Positions 30,947 to 41,721 of a stretch of 64,000 nucleotides of DNA are shown here, piece by piece. Every line of letters starts with the position of its first letter. Position 1 is the stretch's first letter. The notes under the pieces were generated by a model. That model ran no database searches. It saw only the letters and a list, made by a program, of their open reading frames with translations, and was not told where the DNA came from. The translations under genes and the position numbers were made by a program. The stretch covers positions 32,296 to 96,295 of the IMG/VR virus record IMGVR_UViG_3300037141_000279, one strand, 5' to 3'. The DNA is from a virus.

Positions 30947-31586
30947 CTGAAATCGACATCCCTTCCCGAAAATCTTCAACGAAGCGTTCGGGGACTCGGG
31001 CAAAAATGGAATCAAGGTCCTGAACCTTCCCGAGTTTGAATTTTAACTCGTCGAGCAAGAAATCCAGAACGAATTCCCGAGCCTGCATGCTGACTTTGTC
31101 AGAATTATCATGGTAAACCGTGCTTACCACCTGGGTTGCGTCGAGGAGTTGGTTCCCCATCCCGTGGTTATCCGCTACGACGGAGAAGGATCGTCCTTGG
31201 GTGGCGTCGGTGCTCACGGTCAAGGTCTCGCCGACCTCATAGTCCACGTGGTGTGCGTCGAGCAGGTTTTTGGTATCATCGAATGATTTGGGTGGGGTGG
31301 AGACATGGAACTTTGCTTCATGTGACGCCAGCCATCCCGCGATGCGGTATGCGATAGGGCTTTGGCGAATCACATTAACGCTGGATTGATACTTCTCTTC
31401 TCGGGTGAGTTTCGGGGCGGGAGCAGGGGATAGCGCCAGTAGGTTCCACGCACCCTCAAAGCCGTCTTTGAGTAAGCGTAATCGAACCCAAAAAGGTTCC
31501 GCAGGAAGGGTGTCTATAACTTGAGCCTTGCCTTCTCCTCTTACTTTAACCCAGGCTCCAACTTTCAAATCATCTTTGCTCATCAT
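30924..31586 (-). CDS. Hypothetical protein
   Basis: 220 aa; SD AAGGAG; TTGACG-17-TAGCAT upstream. Confidence 0.65.
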   Translation of the reverse strand: MMSKDDLKVGAWVKVRGEGKAQVIDTLPAEPFWVRLRLLKDGFEGAWNLLALSPAPAPKLTREEKYQSSVNVIRQSPIAYRIAGWLASHEAKFHVSTPPKSFDDTKNLLDAHHVDYEVGETLTVSTDATQGRSFSVVADNHGMGNQLLDATQVVSTVYHDNSDKVSMQAREFVLDFLLDELKFKLGKVQDLDSIFARVPERFVEDFREGMSISVDIPASV

Positions 31587-31613
31587 GTCAGTCTCCTTGA
31601 CTACACCCCAATG

Positions 31614-32153
31614 CTACCAGATAGGCTTCGGACCGTCAATAGTACTTTCGTACTGGTCCATCCACTCTTGGAAAATGGCGGAACTGGTGATAGGGTGAAA
31701 TTGAGAGGGGTCTCCGAGATACACCCGATCTCGTTTATTTTTGATTTTGGTTCCGTTTTTCCAGCATCGATCTGTTCGCAATTCTCGACCAGTCATCCAC
31801 CCTCGAATCCGCATTTCAGGGAAATGCTCGGCGGACACAGAAACGAAGCGGCAATCAGGGCCTTTCCAAATATCGTCCTCTCGATACATCACCCCAAAAA
31901 AGTCTTTCGACACAGTCTTTACTTCGGCGATTGGCGAATCTAGCGAGTAGATGGGGTGCCATATTAGTGGTAAACTTGCCTCCATCTTAAACGCTAGTTC
32001 TCCCCATTGCCCGAGCAAACGGTCCTCGAATTTACCCTCCTCGGGGTGACCGTGACTTTCTTGTTGGCCGACAGACTCGGCAGTAGCCATATCGGTCTCC
32101 GCAAATATCTTCGCAGTCCACTGGACCATGGAATGAAGGATGTGAGGTATCAT
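31614..32153 (-). CDS. Hypothetical protein, possibly PD-(D/E)XK-like
   Basis: GQWGELAF...D...EVKT. Confidence 0.5.
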   Translation of the reverse strand: MIPHILHSMVQWTAKIFAETDMATAESVGQQESHGHPEEGKFEDRLLGQWGELAFKMEASLPLIWHPIYSLDSPIAEVKTVSKDFFGVMYREDDIWKGPDCRFVSVSAEHFPEMRIRGWMTGRELRTDRCWKNGTKIKNKRDRVYLGDPSQFHPITSSAIFQEWMDQYESTIDGPKPIW

Positions 32154-33730
32154 ACAAAAAGTTTATGCTGTTCCTGCAGTCGATCCACGTCAGTGGCGTG
32201 TTCCCTTAATTTGTCGAGAATTTCGTCCGTGAGATACTTCCGTAGATACGGCGACGGTGTCCCTGCGAACGAGATGCGCAGCATGTCAATGGCGCGCGAG
32301 ATCGCCACAAAATAAATGCGTTTCTCCTCGGTCGGGTCGCCCTTCGTGTGCGGGAACCCTTTGGCGTTCGCGCCGATCACGTAGACGTTGCGCCATTCAC
32401 CTCCTTTTGATTGATGTACAGTCGAAATTGAGACGCCCTTCGGGTCGTTGCGGCGGTGCATCATCTTGTTCGCATACACACAGAAATCTTTCGCCATACG
32501 AAAATCTTTGCCGATCAGGCGAATCACTTTCAAATTCTCCAGAGCGTCGTTGTCTCGTTCTGTCCGATCCTCCACCGCGTACTTGGATTCCAGGTGCGGC
32601 AGTGTGAGATTGAACGCGACTTCCGTTGACATCGTCGGATAATCTTTCAGCGCCTCAACTGCCTTGCGAATCTCGTTCTGCTTCCAGAAGCCTGATTTCC
32701 CCATCAGGTGGTATCGGATGCTGTATCGATTGCACAGACGCTCCAGCAGGCCGACCATTCTATTCGTGCGGGCAAGAATAATTGAATTGAGCGGGTCTTT
32801 CTGCGCCAGCGCCAGGGCGGACTCAGCCTCAGCGTCGTCAGACCAATACATCTTCAGCGATATCGGCGCGCCCTTGACGTTCCGCGCAGCCTTCATGCGA
32901 TCAAGCAGTTCCTTCGGCGTGTCTTCAGGCGCGTTTTCGCGCACGAAGTCGACGATGTTCTGCGTGCTGCGATAGTTCAGCCCAAGGTAAAACTTCTTGC
33001 CTGCTGGAAACCACTGTTCGAAGTTGGTGATGTTGTCAGGCTTCGCTCCACGGAATCCGTAGATCGCTTGGTTCGGGTCTCCGACCACGGTGATGTTGCC
33101 GTGCTTCTCGGTCATCAACTGCATCATGCGCCATTGCAGATCGTCGGTGTCCTGGGCCTCGTCGACGATCATGTATTTCGGCTGCCACCGCGCGCGACAC
33201 TGCGGATTCTTTTCAAGCATGTCGACGGAGTCGCGGAGCATCGAGTCGAAATCCATCCATCCTTCCGCCGCTCGGGTGTTCTCATACATCACATATGCGC
33301 TGGCGTAACCATATTCATATTCGCCGCTCTCCATCGCTTCGGTCGGACTGACATTCGCGCGCCGCATCTTCGCGATGAAGTGGTCGAGTTCTTTGTAATC
33401 CAGTCCCCACTTCTTGCAGAGGCGACACATCAGACGATATCGGAGTTCGGGTTCGACAGGTTTACGTTCAACTTCCGAGCAGATCAAATATCCCAGGCTG
33501 TGGAATGTGGACACCACGCCTTTTACTCCTGCCCGCTTTTCCAATGCGCCTGCCATTTCTTTGGAGAACGTGACGGCTCGAATTTCGGAGGGGCTGACGC
33601 CAGATTCAATCAACGTGTTGATAAACGCCACCATGGTTGCGGTTTTGCCGCTTCCTGGTCCTGCGACGACAGATCGGGGTCCGTCAGGGCTGTCAATGAT
33701 GCCCTGCTGATCAACGTTCAGTTCGGTCAC
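32150..33730 (-). CDS. UvrD/Rep-family SF1 helicase
   Basis: AGPGSGKT, TFHS, VDEAQD, VGDPNQAIYGFRGA, NYRS, STVHQSKGGEW. Confidence 0.95.
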   Translation of the reverse strand: MTELNVDQQGIIDSPDGPRSVVAGPGSGKTATMVAFINTLIESGVSPSEIRAVTFSKEMAGALEKRAGVKGVVSTFHSLGYLICSEVERKPVEPELRYRLMCRLCKKWGLDYKELDHFIAKMRRANVSPTEAMESGEYEYGYASAYVMYENTRAAEGWMDFDSMLRDSVDMLEKNPQCRARWQPKYMIVDEAQDTDDLQWRMMQLMTEKHGNITVVGDPNQAIYGFRGAKPDNITNFEQWFPAGKKFYLGLNYRSTQNIVDFVRENAPEDTPKELLDRMKAARNVKGAPISLKMYWSDDAEAESALALAQKDPLNSIILARTNRMVGLLERLCNRYSIRYHLMGKSGFWKQNEIRKAVEALKDYPTMSTEVAFNLTLPHLESKYAVEDRTERDNDALENLKVIRLIGKDFRMAKDFCVYANKMMHRRNDPKGVSISTVHQSKGGEWRNVYVIGANAKGFPHTKGDPTEEKRIYFVAISRAIDMLRISFAGTPSPYLRKYLTDEILDKLREHATDVDRLQEQHKLFV

Positions 33731-33737
33731 GGAAGCC

Positions 33738-33905
33738 TCACTTGGAAAAGTAGTCGTGGATCGTGTGAAAGAAGTGCTCTGGATCAAGTTTATGCGCCAC
33801 CATCCGATGGATGATGTGCCACCCGATCCAGAGCACCAGGAAGGATAACTCTACACCAAATCCTTGCCAGAGTCCAGCCCAAACGAGATTGAGAATAGTT
33901 TTCAT
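33738..33905 (-). CDS. Small membrane protein
   Basis: Hydrophobic 55 aa. Confidence 0.5.
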   Translation of the reverse strand: MKTILNLVWAGLWQGFGVELSFLVLWIGWHIIHRMVAHKLDPEHFFHTIHDYFSK

Positions 33906-33919
33906 AAAATTGGTCCGAG

Positions 33920-34062
33920 AGTTTGGCATTCTTACTGGGTTACTCGGATCGCAAAGGGCGACATGGTCGGCTGCTTACGCGCACCGTCCTATGCTCGGTA
34001 ACAAGCGAGCCGTATCCTTTGCTACACCAGATCAGTCAGTGATCAACCTGACAGCGCCAACT
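33920..34062 (-). ncRNA. Putative structured RNA downstream of ssb
   Basis: Nested stems TTGGC/GCCAA, CTGG/CCAG, GCAAAGG/CCTTTGC and GCTCG/CGAGC. Confidence 0.35.
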
Positions 34063-34066
34063 TCGT

Positions 34067-34585
34067 TTAGAATCCGATTTCGTCGTCAACTTCTTGCGGT
34101 GCAGGACGTGCTGCAGGACGAGCCGCAGGTGCCGCCTGCCGTTGCGCAGGACGAGCCTGTTGTGCTGGGCGTCCTGGGTTTGAGCGTCCTGGCAGAGCAG
34201 GTCGGGTTTGTTGGGTTGGGCGCGCCGCGGGTTGTTCGGCGACGGGTTCGGTGATCAACCCCTTGATGTCCGTGACGTTGATTTCGGTGGTGTACTTCTT
34301 CACACCCGTCTGCTTGTCTTCCCACGAGCGGGTCTGCAGCTTGCCTTCGATGTAGACCATGTCGCCCTTGTGGATGTACGGCTGAATGAAAGCCTCAACC
34401 GAATTGCCCCACGCGACGATGTTGTGCCACTCGGTTTTTTTCTGTTTCTCGCCCTGAGCGTCTTTGTAGGATTCGTCCGTTGCGAGGCTAAAATTCGCAA
34501 CAGCCTTGCCGCTCTGGGTATACTTGATCTCTGGGTCTTTGCCCAGGCGTCCGATCAGAATTACCTTGTTCACTGAATTTGCCAC
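34067..34585 (-). CDS. ssb: Single-stranded DNA-binding protein
   Basis: VNKVILIGRLGKDPE...TEWH...EGKLQTRSW; acidic tail DDEIGF. Confidence 0.97.
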   Translation of the reverse strand: MANSVNKVILIGRLGKDPEIKYTQSGKAVANFSLATDESYKDAQGEKQKKTEWHNIVAWGNSVEAFIQPYIHKGDMVYIEGKLQTRSWEDKQTGVKKYTTEINVTDIKGLITEPVAEQPAARPTQQTRPALPGRSNPGRPAQQARPAQRQAAPAARPAARPAPQEVDDEIGF

Positions 34586-34630
34586 TATGTCACCTTTTCC
34601 TTTTTTGAGTTTACCCCGAAGGGTCGTAGC

Positions 34631-35617
34631 TTACTGCTTCTCTTCAAGCCCGTTGAATTTGTTGACCAACTTCCCGAGATTGACGAGTCCATTCTCCAGT
34701 GCCAGCGCCTGATCGACGCGAGCAAAGAAATCGTCCCATTGAATTCTGGAAATCTTCGTGGCGTCGCTTGCCTTGGTGATGCTGAGCAAGAACACCAACA
34801 GTTTGCGATTGACGGGCAGACCCTTGCTGGCCTTCAGTTTGCCGTTCGCCGTGAGGTCATCGCCCAGGTTTTTGAACTTCGTGCGATATGCCGCGAGTTC
34901 TTCTTCGGTCGGCAGTTCGTCGTCGGGACCCTCATAAGCGTCGCCGTGTTCGGGAGCCACATCGGGTCCCTGGTTCTGCTCTTCCACGGGAACGGATGGT
35001 GGTGGGGGTGCAAGCGGTGCGTCAATAGACTCCGCAGGGGGTCCTGCAGGGCGGTCGGCTGGCTTCTGAGCCCTCGGCGCAGGCAACGGATTCGGAGCCG
35101 CGTGTTGATCCTCTCGGAATTCAGGCTCTTGCGGCTGGTATCGGCTGGACGTACTGAAATCGGTCGCATTGTCCACCGATTGGTCGGCTTCAGGGTCCAT
35201 CGCGTATGGGTCAGCAGCATCAGGCAAGAGAGTACCATTGCGTAGTGCGTTCTTGGTCGCGCCTGTCTGCGCCTTGAAAATCCCCTTGTCGCCCGAGTCT
35301 GCGCCGTCGCCGAGCCCGCTGATGTTCAAGGTCTCGTCGGAGTCCGCATCCATCAAACGGATGAATGCCTTCACCGTTGCGGTGTGCATCGTGCCGCCGT
35401 TGTTGGTCTTGATGTCGTACGTCCCCAACAGATCGTAATTGGTTTCGGCGTAAATGCCGAATTTGGCGAACGCGTTGCGAATAGATCGCAGCACGTCAGC
35501 AGCGCGCACGAAATCATACTTCTGCTTTTCGTTCCGGCCAGCTTTTTCAACGTGGTCGATTTCGTTGTAAACTTGAATCAGTTTCTGCCTCAAATTCAAC
35601 TTCGATGTGTCGGTCAT
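34631..35617 (-). CDS. ERF-family single-strand annealing protein
   Basis: SD AAGGAG before MTDTSK; KAGRN...YDFV...GDGADSGDKGIFKAQTGA; frame stays open upstream to 35875. Confidence 0.8.
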   Translation of the reverse strand: MTDTSKLNLRQKLIQVYNEIDHVEKAGRNEKQKYDFVRAADVLRSIRNAFAKFGIYAETNYDLLGTYDIKTNNGGTMHTATVKAFIRLMDADSDETLNISGLGDGADSGDKGIFKAQTGATKNALRNGTLLPDAADPYAMDPEADQSVDNATDFSTSSRYQPQEPEFREDQHAAPNPLPAPRAQKPADRPAGPPAESIDAPLAPPPPSVPVEEQNQGPDVAPEHGDAYEGPDDELPTEEELAAYRTKFKNLGDDLTANGKLKASKGLPVNRKLLVFLLSITKASDATKISRIQWDDFFARVDQALALENGLVNLGKLVNKFNGLEEKQ

Positions 35618-35910
35618 GGTGCTCCTTTTATTGGGCTGCTTTTGGCCTGTAATCTCTTCTTGAATTTTTTGCGTGATCCAGTCCCGATTATCCAGTAGCA
35701 AATTCACAGGGACATTCAAATGCATCTTTGTCGGACGATGGTAGAAGTGAATCTGCGCAGGCTCAAGGTCGCAGGTGTTGAATGGCATTTGTAAACCATC
35801 CCACTCACATCCTGCTTCAACCACTGCGATTCGAGCCATGTCGAGAAATGCGTCGTTGCTACTCACGTTGTCCATAGTACCAAAGTACCATTGATTTTGT
35901 CAAGCTAATT

Positions 35911-38211
35911 TTAGCCTTTTTTATAAACTGGGCTGGTGTACCCTTCCGCGCCTAGGATAAGCCCTGGAGCCCACCACGGAATTTGCACCATGCACCAGAT
36001 AAGGTCTTCCAGCCGCAGACCGAACGGGTCGTCATCATCTTCTGTGGCGACTTCGTCGTGGAAAAGCCCCCATATGCCGAAACCCATCTCGTCCGCCAAG
36101 AACATGCTGTTGAGGAGGTCATCACGGGACATCGCCTGAATCGCATTCTCGCAGATTTTGCCGCCGTACGTCTTGACGCGGCCCCACTTGTGGCGCTTCT
36201 TAACCTGCTGGCCATCCGAGCCCTGGGTCGCACTGTGTTCGATGCCGTCGTAGTAGATCGTATGCGAGGTATACGTGTATGGCAGGCCCGTGCGCTCGTC
36301 TAGTTTCTTTCCTGTCCGCACTTCATCTTCGATGGTGGCGTTCAAATAATGAATGCCGCGGCCCGAAGGTAGCTCCATGCGAATCGTGTACCCGCCGCCC
36401 TCCATAGGGATGCGTGTAAATGTGAGGACGCACTGCTTGCCATGCGTCGGGTGCTCGACCCACTCTCGGGATTGCTTGTCCCAGGTAACCTCGCCGACCT
36501 TGATGACGCCGCCGCGCTTCAGTACCTGCTTAAAAGCCTCTTCTAAGTCAGTCCAAAACTGTACGACTTCAGGCCATGCCTTGCGCAAAATGTCCACGGC
36601 TTTGTGAGCTAGTTCTTTGGGCATGTCGACGCCGCAGACGCTGAGAGCATATCCCCACAGCCCGCCGCGCACGGTATCCCCGTCTGAATTGGTGTACATC
36701 TCGCCGCCGCCGAGACCATAGCCGCCGCCCAATACCGGGGGTTTTGATTGTTGGCGCTTCTCTTCAAAGTCGGCATTCTTCGGCTTGTGGTTTCCCTGCG
36801 CATCGACCTTATACCACTCTTCGTATGGAATGCCGAACAGTTCAACGCCAAACGACATGTAAGGGTCGCGCCCTTGTCGAAACACGTCTAATATTTTCTC
36901 GCATCCTGCAGCCCAGCCGAGCATGCGGTTTTCAATCGCGTTCTTGTCGACAACGTGGAAAACTTTCCCAGGTTTGGCTTGGAACAAGGACCGCAGCAGT
37001 GTGATGACAAACTCAACCACGGTGAGTGAATCCTTCGGGTCTTTCGTATTCGTGAATTTTGCAATGATGCCGTCGTAATCTTCCTTATCCAACAGATCGA
37101 GAGCCAGCGTCAGATTCTTCTTGACCGCTTTGTCGCCCCGAGGGAGATTCTGCACCTGCATGGAGGTATCTTCGCCACCGCCGCTCGCCCAGCGCCCTGT
37201 GCGCGCCGCACCCATGTACCGAAGTTGATAGCGCAGGCGATCATCCGACGACAACAGGCTCAAAAATTTGATCAGCTTCGTATACGACGATTTGCGGGCA
37301 GATGAACGAATCTGCAGAGCCTCGCGACATTCTTGTGTGATCGGCGAGTTCGGGTTGTTGATTTCCGCCTGGACCGTTGGCGCACGCATCGAGTTCCACG
37401 GATATCCTCGCGCAGTCACCCATGCCTTCATCTGCACATCGGAATTGGGATTCTCTAATCCCGTTTTCGCTTTGAGGATCGCTTTCTGCAATTCGATAAA
37501 CTTCAGGGAGAGGCGCAAACCTTTCTCTGCAAGATCGCGCCGCCCAGGGATACCGAATGCATTGATCTTCTGGTCGAGCAACCACCCTTGCCAATCTGCC
37601 TCGGGGAATGGAATCTTGCGCAGGCGATACCAAAGGTCGCGCTCGGCGCGTACGTCTTGTTTGCAATACTCGATGTATTCCGCAAACTCGCGCGGGTGGC
37701 TGACGTGATCGCGAAACAGCGGCGGCGCAATACCGAACAGCGTCATCTCGCCGCCCTTGCTGACAGGTTCGCAGAACATGAATTTCAATTCGTCGCCGCG
37801 CGGGTCTTTCTGATTTTTCATCTTCAGAATTTCGCCGACTGTTTCCAATTTCCCAGGGAGCGAGATATTGTGCGCGAGGATGATGGGGTCCCGCCATTCG
37901 GACATAGGGACCTCAAATGGCGGAAGTTCTGTGCCTCGCCCGCTGCGATGGAGCACATACTTTGTGATGTTGTACTCGAACGAGGAATTCCACGCCACCT
38001 TGATGATCTTGGGGTCCCGCAACGCATCGAGGAGTTTCTGAGGCATCGGTTCGCAGTGCGGCAGCCATATTGAGACTTCCTCATGGTCAAGAGCCCAGGC
38101 GAGCATAGAGATGCCTGTCGACGGATGTTTGACGTAATTATCCAACCCGACTTCCGTCAGATCGGCGAGCGAGAACGTCTCATAATCCGCAAACAGGAAC
38201 GTGTACGCCAT
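35911..38211 (-). CDS. Family A DNA polymerase
   Basis: Exonuclease DYET; TGRWA; DKNAIENR; RQQSK...GYG; HDE. Confidence 0.92.
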   Translation of the reverse strand: MAYTFLFADYETFSLADLTEVGLDNYVKHPSTGISMLAWALDHEEVSIWLPHCEPMPQKLLDALRDPKIIKVAWNSSFEYNITKYVLHRSGRGTELPPFEVPMSEWRDPIILAHNISLPGKLETVGEILKMKNQKDPRGDELKFMFCEPVSKGGEMTLFGIAPPLFRDHVSHPREFAEYIEYCKQDVRAERDLWYRLRKIPFPEADWQGWLLDQKINAFGIPGRRDLAEKGLRLSLKFIELQKAILKAKTGLENPNSDVQMKAWVTARGYPWNSMRAPTVQAEINNPNSPITQECREALQIRSSARKSSYTKLIKFLSLLSSDDRLRYQLRYMGAARTGRWASGGGEDTSMQVQNLPRGDKAVKKNLTLALDLLDKEDYDGIIAKFTNTKDPKDSLTVVEFVITLLRSLFQAKPGKVFHVVDKNAIENRMLGWAAGCEKILDVFRQGRDPYMSFGVELFGIPYEEWYKVDAQGNHKPKNADFEEKRQQSKPPVLGGGYGLGGGEMYTNSDGDTVRGGLWGYALSVCGVDMPKELAHKAVDILRKAWPEVVQFWTDLEEAFKQVLKRGGVIKVGEVTWDKQSREWVEHPTHGKQCVLTFTRIPMEGGGYTIRMELPSGRGIHYLNATIEDEVRTGKKLDERTGLPYTYTSHTIYYDGIEHSATQGSDGQQVKKRHKWGRVKTYGGKICENAIQAMSRDDLLNSMFLADEMGFGIWGLFHDEVATEDDDDPFGLRLEDLIWCMVQIPWWAPGLILGAEGYTSPVYKKG

Positions 38212-38219
38212 GAATCCCC

Positions 38220-38633
38220 TTATGCCATCGCAATTAGAAGGTCTCGTACTTTTTCCCAGTTTTCAAAGTGCGTGACCTGGGGCAGATGATGAAAGATGTT
38301 CTCGTACTCGGCTCCGACCACGAAGATGGGAATCTTGCGGGTCAGCCCTATGCCGATGGCGATACCAAACTCCACATGGCGGCCCGCGCGGATCACGGTC
38401 TTTGTGGGCTCGTTGAAGAATACCAGAATCTGTGCGTCGCGGACATCTTTTACGTCACGAATGGCATACTCGCGAAGCGTCTCGACAGGGACTTCAGCCA
38501 TTTGAACCGTTGGTGCGAACGTCTCGTTCAGCCAACTGGATGTGATGTGCACGCCTGTATCGCACAGAGAACCTGCACACTTCTTGATGTAATCCTTCTG
38601 GCTATATGGTGCCGCTAGATATACTTTCAGCAT
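38220..38633 (-). CDS. Nucleoside 2-deoxyribosyltransferase-like protein
   Basis: VYLAAP...DVKDV...GRHVEFGIA. Confidence 0.75.
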   Translation of the reverse strand: MLKVYLAAPYSQKDYIKKCAGSLCDTGVHITSSWLNETFAPTVQMAEVPVETLREYAIRDVKDVRDAQILVFFNEPTKTVIRAGRHVEFGIAIGIGLTRKIPIFVVGAEYENIFHHLPQVTHFENWEKVRDLLIAMA

Positions 38634-38645
38634 GCATCCTCCGTG

Positions 38646-39119
38646 TTAGAATCGTTTACCGCCTGCAGCCGCGCGCCCTTCCTTGCTGTGGTCTTTCCGA
38701 TTGCGGTTGTACTCGTTCTTTGCCACGATAGCTTCTGCGACTCGCAGATTACGGTCGGTGGAGTAGTTCATCAGACGGATGAAGGCATCTGCGACCTCGG
38801 CCTCTTCCGCCGAGAATGTTGGGATGTGTTCGTCCTGGCTTATATTCTTCCTGACCGCTTCCAGGGCTTCACCGATCTCGCCCACGACAAGGGCCAACTT
38901 CAGACCGACACGGGCATTGCGAAACGCCGCAAATAACGGCTGATATTTTTCTCGGTGGGCGTCCTTCGCCGTGTTCCATTTGAACCACTGTTCAAATTCA
39001 TCAATCAATGTTTCGTCGGTGTTGAATCCTTTCGCTGCGTTGATGGACGCCATGTCCGACTGCATCTCATGAAACGAGAGAATGAAATCGTGTTCACGAC
39101 AGATTTGATCGGGGTTCAC
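38646..39119 (-). CDS. MazG-like NTP pyrophosphohydrolase
   Basis: LALVVGEIGEALEAVRK...EAEVADAFIRL. Confidence 0.8.
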   Translation of the reverse strand: MNPDQICREHDFILSFHEMQSDMASINAAKGFNTDETLIDEFEQWFKWNTAKDAHREKYQPLFAAFRNARVGLKLALVVGEIGEALEAVRKNISQDEHIPTFSAEEAEVADAFIRLMNYSTDRNLRVAEAIVAKNEYNRNRKDHSKEGRAAAGGKRF

Positions 39120-39640
39120 TTGGTCTCCTCGGGGAATCTCGCCCCTCGCGCGATAGGTGCACCTTCCGCTTCCAGTTCGAGTTGCAGTAGCGCCAGCGCC
39201 CGCCATACCAGCTTGGCTGAGTGCCGCTGACCATCGGTGTCAAATTTGCCGCGTTCCATGAAGTGGCGGATAATCGTGTCGTCCTGGTCGGTGGACTTGC
39301 CACGAGCCCAGTGCAGTGGTTCTCCTGGGTTGTGTTGCTCGTTCCCCGCGAACGAAACCTTAGCGACTTCAATCAGGGCGCTGGTGAAGTAATCTAGCAC
39401 GCCTGATGCCAGCGGAACCTTCTTGCGTTCCGCAGCAGAAGAGGGAAATAGAGGGTGCTGAACAACGGGAGGAAGTTCGATAATCGGGAGGGACTGCCAT
39501 TGACCTGGGAATGCCCCTAACGAAAGCACCACCTTCGTCGCTGCGTCCAGAGGCGGGATTCCATTATATCGCAAGCGATTGCTTCGGCACACTGAGCACT
39601 CCGTTTCCCCATTATGTTTGCATGCTGATGAAAGGTCCAT
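39116..39640 (-). CDS. DUF5664 dATP/dGTP diphosphohydrolase-like protein
   Basis: RKKVPLASGVLDYF...EVAKVSFAGNEQH...W.RG...RH...H...WRALALL. Confidence 0.75.
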   Translation of the reverse strand: MDLSSACKHNGETECSVCRSNRLRYNGIPPLDAATKVVLSLGAFPGQWQSLPIIELPPVVQHPLFPSSAAERKKVPLASGVLDYFTSALIEVAKVSFAGNEQHNPGEPLHWARGKSTDQDDTIIRHFMERGKFDTDGQRHSAKLVWRALALLQLELEAEGAPIARGARFPEETK

Positions 39641-40644
39641 TATTTAGCCTCTTTCGGAAAAAGTTTACTTCGTAATTCTACATCAAGACTGTTGGCAATG
39701 TCAACATGATTCACGAGAAAAACCCGCGTATTCTCTGCGCCCTGGCCCAGCTTCTCACCGTTGTAGTTGAACCAATTTCCTGTTTTGGTGACGACGTTAT
39801 TGGCTTCGCCGACGGTTAGCAAATCCCATTCGCGTGATATGCCGTGACCGTAGTACAGGTGCACTTCGGCTTCCGTGTGAGGGTTGGCGACCTTGTTTTT
39901 CACAACCTTGATGCGTGTCGCGGCTCCGATTTTCTCCTCGCCGTTTTTAATCCAGTCAAATTTGCGAATGTCCAGGCGCACCGAGGCGTAAAACTTCAGC
40001 GCGCGTCCGCCTGTGGTAGTCTCAGGGCTGCCGAACATCACGCCGATCTTCTCACGGATTTGGTTGATGAAAATCAGAATCGTTTTGGTGGAGTTCGTTA
40101 TGCCTGTGAGTTTGCGCAGCGCCTGGGACATCAGGCGGGCCTGCAGGCCCATCTGGGGGTCACCCATGTCGCCTTCCAGTTCTGCCTTCGGAACCAGCGC
40201 AGCGACCGAGTCAACCAAGACGACAGCGATCTTATTCGACTTAATAAGGGACTCGGCGATTTCCAGCGCCTGCTCGCCGTAGTCAGGTTGCGATATCAGC
40301 AGGTGGTCGACATCCACACCCAGCTTGCGCGCGTAAACTGGGTCTAGCGCGTGCTCTGCATCAATGAATGCGGCTTTACCTCCTAGTTTCTGCGCTTCAG
40401 CGATGATATGCAATGCTAGGGTAGTCTTACCGCCCGACTCGGGTCCGTAGATTTCCACGACTCGACCACGCGGGATGCCGCCGACGCCTAATGCCACGTC
40501 CAGCGCAAGCGAAGACGTGGAGACCACGTCGATAGATGCGAAAGTTTTCGCCCCCAGCATCATTATTGAACCTTTTCCAAATTGCTTTTCGATGCCTGCC
40601 ATGACTTCAGACAAGCTCTGAGATGATTCTTCTTGCTTGCTCAC
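39640..40644 (-). CDS. recA: RecA recombinase
   Basis: [49 protein letters not shown]. Confidence 0.98.
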   Translation of the reverse strand: MSKQEESSQSLSEVMAGIEKQFGKGSIMMLGAKTFASIDVVSTSSLALDVALGVGGIPRGRVVEIYGPESGGKTTLALHIIAEAQKLGGKAAFIDAEHALDPVYARKLGVDVDHLLISQPDYGEQALEIAESLIKSNKIAVVLVDSVAALVPKAELEGDMGDPQMGLQARLMSQALRKLTGITNSTKTILIFINQIREKIGVMFGSPETTTGGRALKFYASVRLDIRKFDWIKNGEEKIGAATRIKVVKNKVANPHTEAEVHLYYGHGISREWDLLTVGEANNVVTKTGNWFNYNGEKLGQGAENTRVFLVNHVDIANSLDVELRSKLFPKEAK

Positions 40645-40665
40645 ATTGCCTCCGAACGAATTACG

Positions 40666-41721
40666 TTAGTCTACGAAGATCGGCGCGACCATTGTTTTTT
40701 CGCCGTATTCCTTGTTGATTAGAAAGAAAGTCTGCGACGGCTTCTCGTAGGACGCTTTGATTGAAACCGCGTATGCGTTATAACCAATCAGGCTGCTGTT
40801 GGCGATGAAGTTTCCGCCATCAAATCGCGTGTGGAAATGACCGAACACGTCAAGTTTGACGGGGTTGGCTTTGTTCCACTGTGCGATTGCTTTGTTGACG
40901 GGGATAGTGATGCCGCCCACGCCGCCGCCGTAGTTTAGCTGGTGCCCGTGGTGGTACCGAACAGGAAATTTGTCAAAATAGTTCACAATCGTGTGGTACC
41001 CCGTTGCGATGATAAACTCAAAGCGCGGATCGTTTTTGAAGTGATCGCGGATTGTGTAAAACATATATTGCTCAAGCGAATTGCCCGTCTCAGTGGCAAT
41101 GCGCTGGTCGATGGTCATGCGCCCGTGATTGCCGCCGTGGCACACGACGAGAAGTTTCACACTCTTCGGAGTGTTGTCCCGCAGATATTGCAGGCCGCCG
41201 ATCAGTTGGTTCTGCGCGCGATAGATCGCCTGCGTCGGAGCCAGCAGGTTCGCTTCCGCAAGGTCGGCATGAATACTGCCTGTGATGAAATCACCCAGCA
41301 GCGCAACAGTCAGACTCTTGATGGTCGTCTTTGCGCTTTCGATGTTGAACCACGCGAGGGTGCCATGAACAAGCTGTTGAAAACGGCGGTCGTTGATTTC
41401 CAAATTGTGTTCATTCCGTCCGCTCACCTGCCCAGGCAGCACGCGCTCTTCGCTGTGATGATCGGACCAGACCACAACCGCGGCGGATTCGCTGGTGCCT
41501 GATTTGGTCGTCGGATTGATGGTGATCGCTTGCGGCGTCTGTTTCTGGAAACTGACCAGCGCATCTAGTTCAGCCTCAAGATGGACAACTTTTTCACGCA
41601 GTGCCGCGATTTGAACTTCCTTCCCTTCGCGCTTGTCCCGCAGTTGCTGCAGGGCGATATCTACTTTCGCGGTCTCGGAGATCGGCTTGCTCTTCGCAAG
41701 CACATCTTTAATTTTGGCCAT
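40666..41721 (-). CDS. Calcineurin-like metallophosphoesterase
   Basis: SDHH, LGD, GNH, HHGH, GHFH. Confidence 0.8.
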   Translation of the reverse strand: MAKIKDVLAKSKPISETAKVDIALQQLRDKREGKEVQIAALREKVVHLEAELDALVSFQKQTPQAITINPTTKSGTSESAAVVVWSDHHSEERVLPGQVSGRNEHNLEINDRRFQQLVHGTLAWFNIESAKTTIKSLTVALLGDFITGSIHADLAEANLLAPTQAIYRAQNQLIGGLQYLRDNTPKSVKLLVVCHGGNHGRMTIDQRIATETGNSLEQYMFYTIRDHFKNDPRFEFIIATGYHTIVNYFDKFPVRYHHGHQLNYGGGVGGITIPVNKAIAQWNKANPVKLDVFGHFHTRFDGGNFIANSSLIGYNAYAVSIKASYEKPSQTFFLINKEYGEKTMVAPIFVD

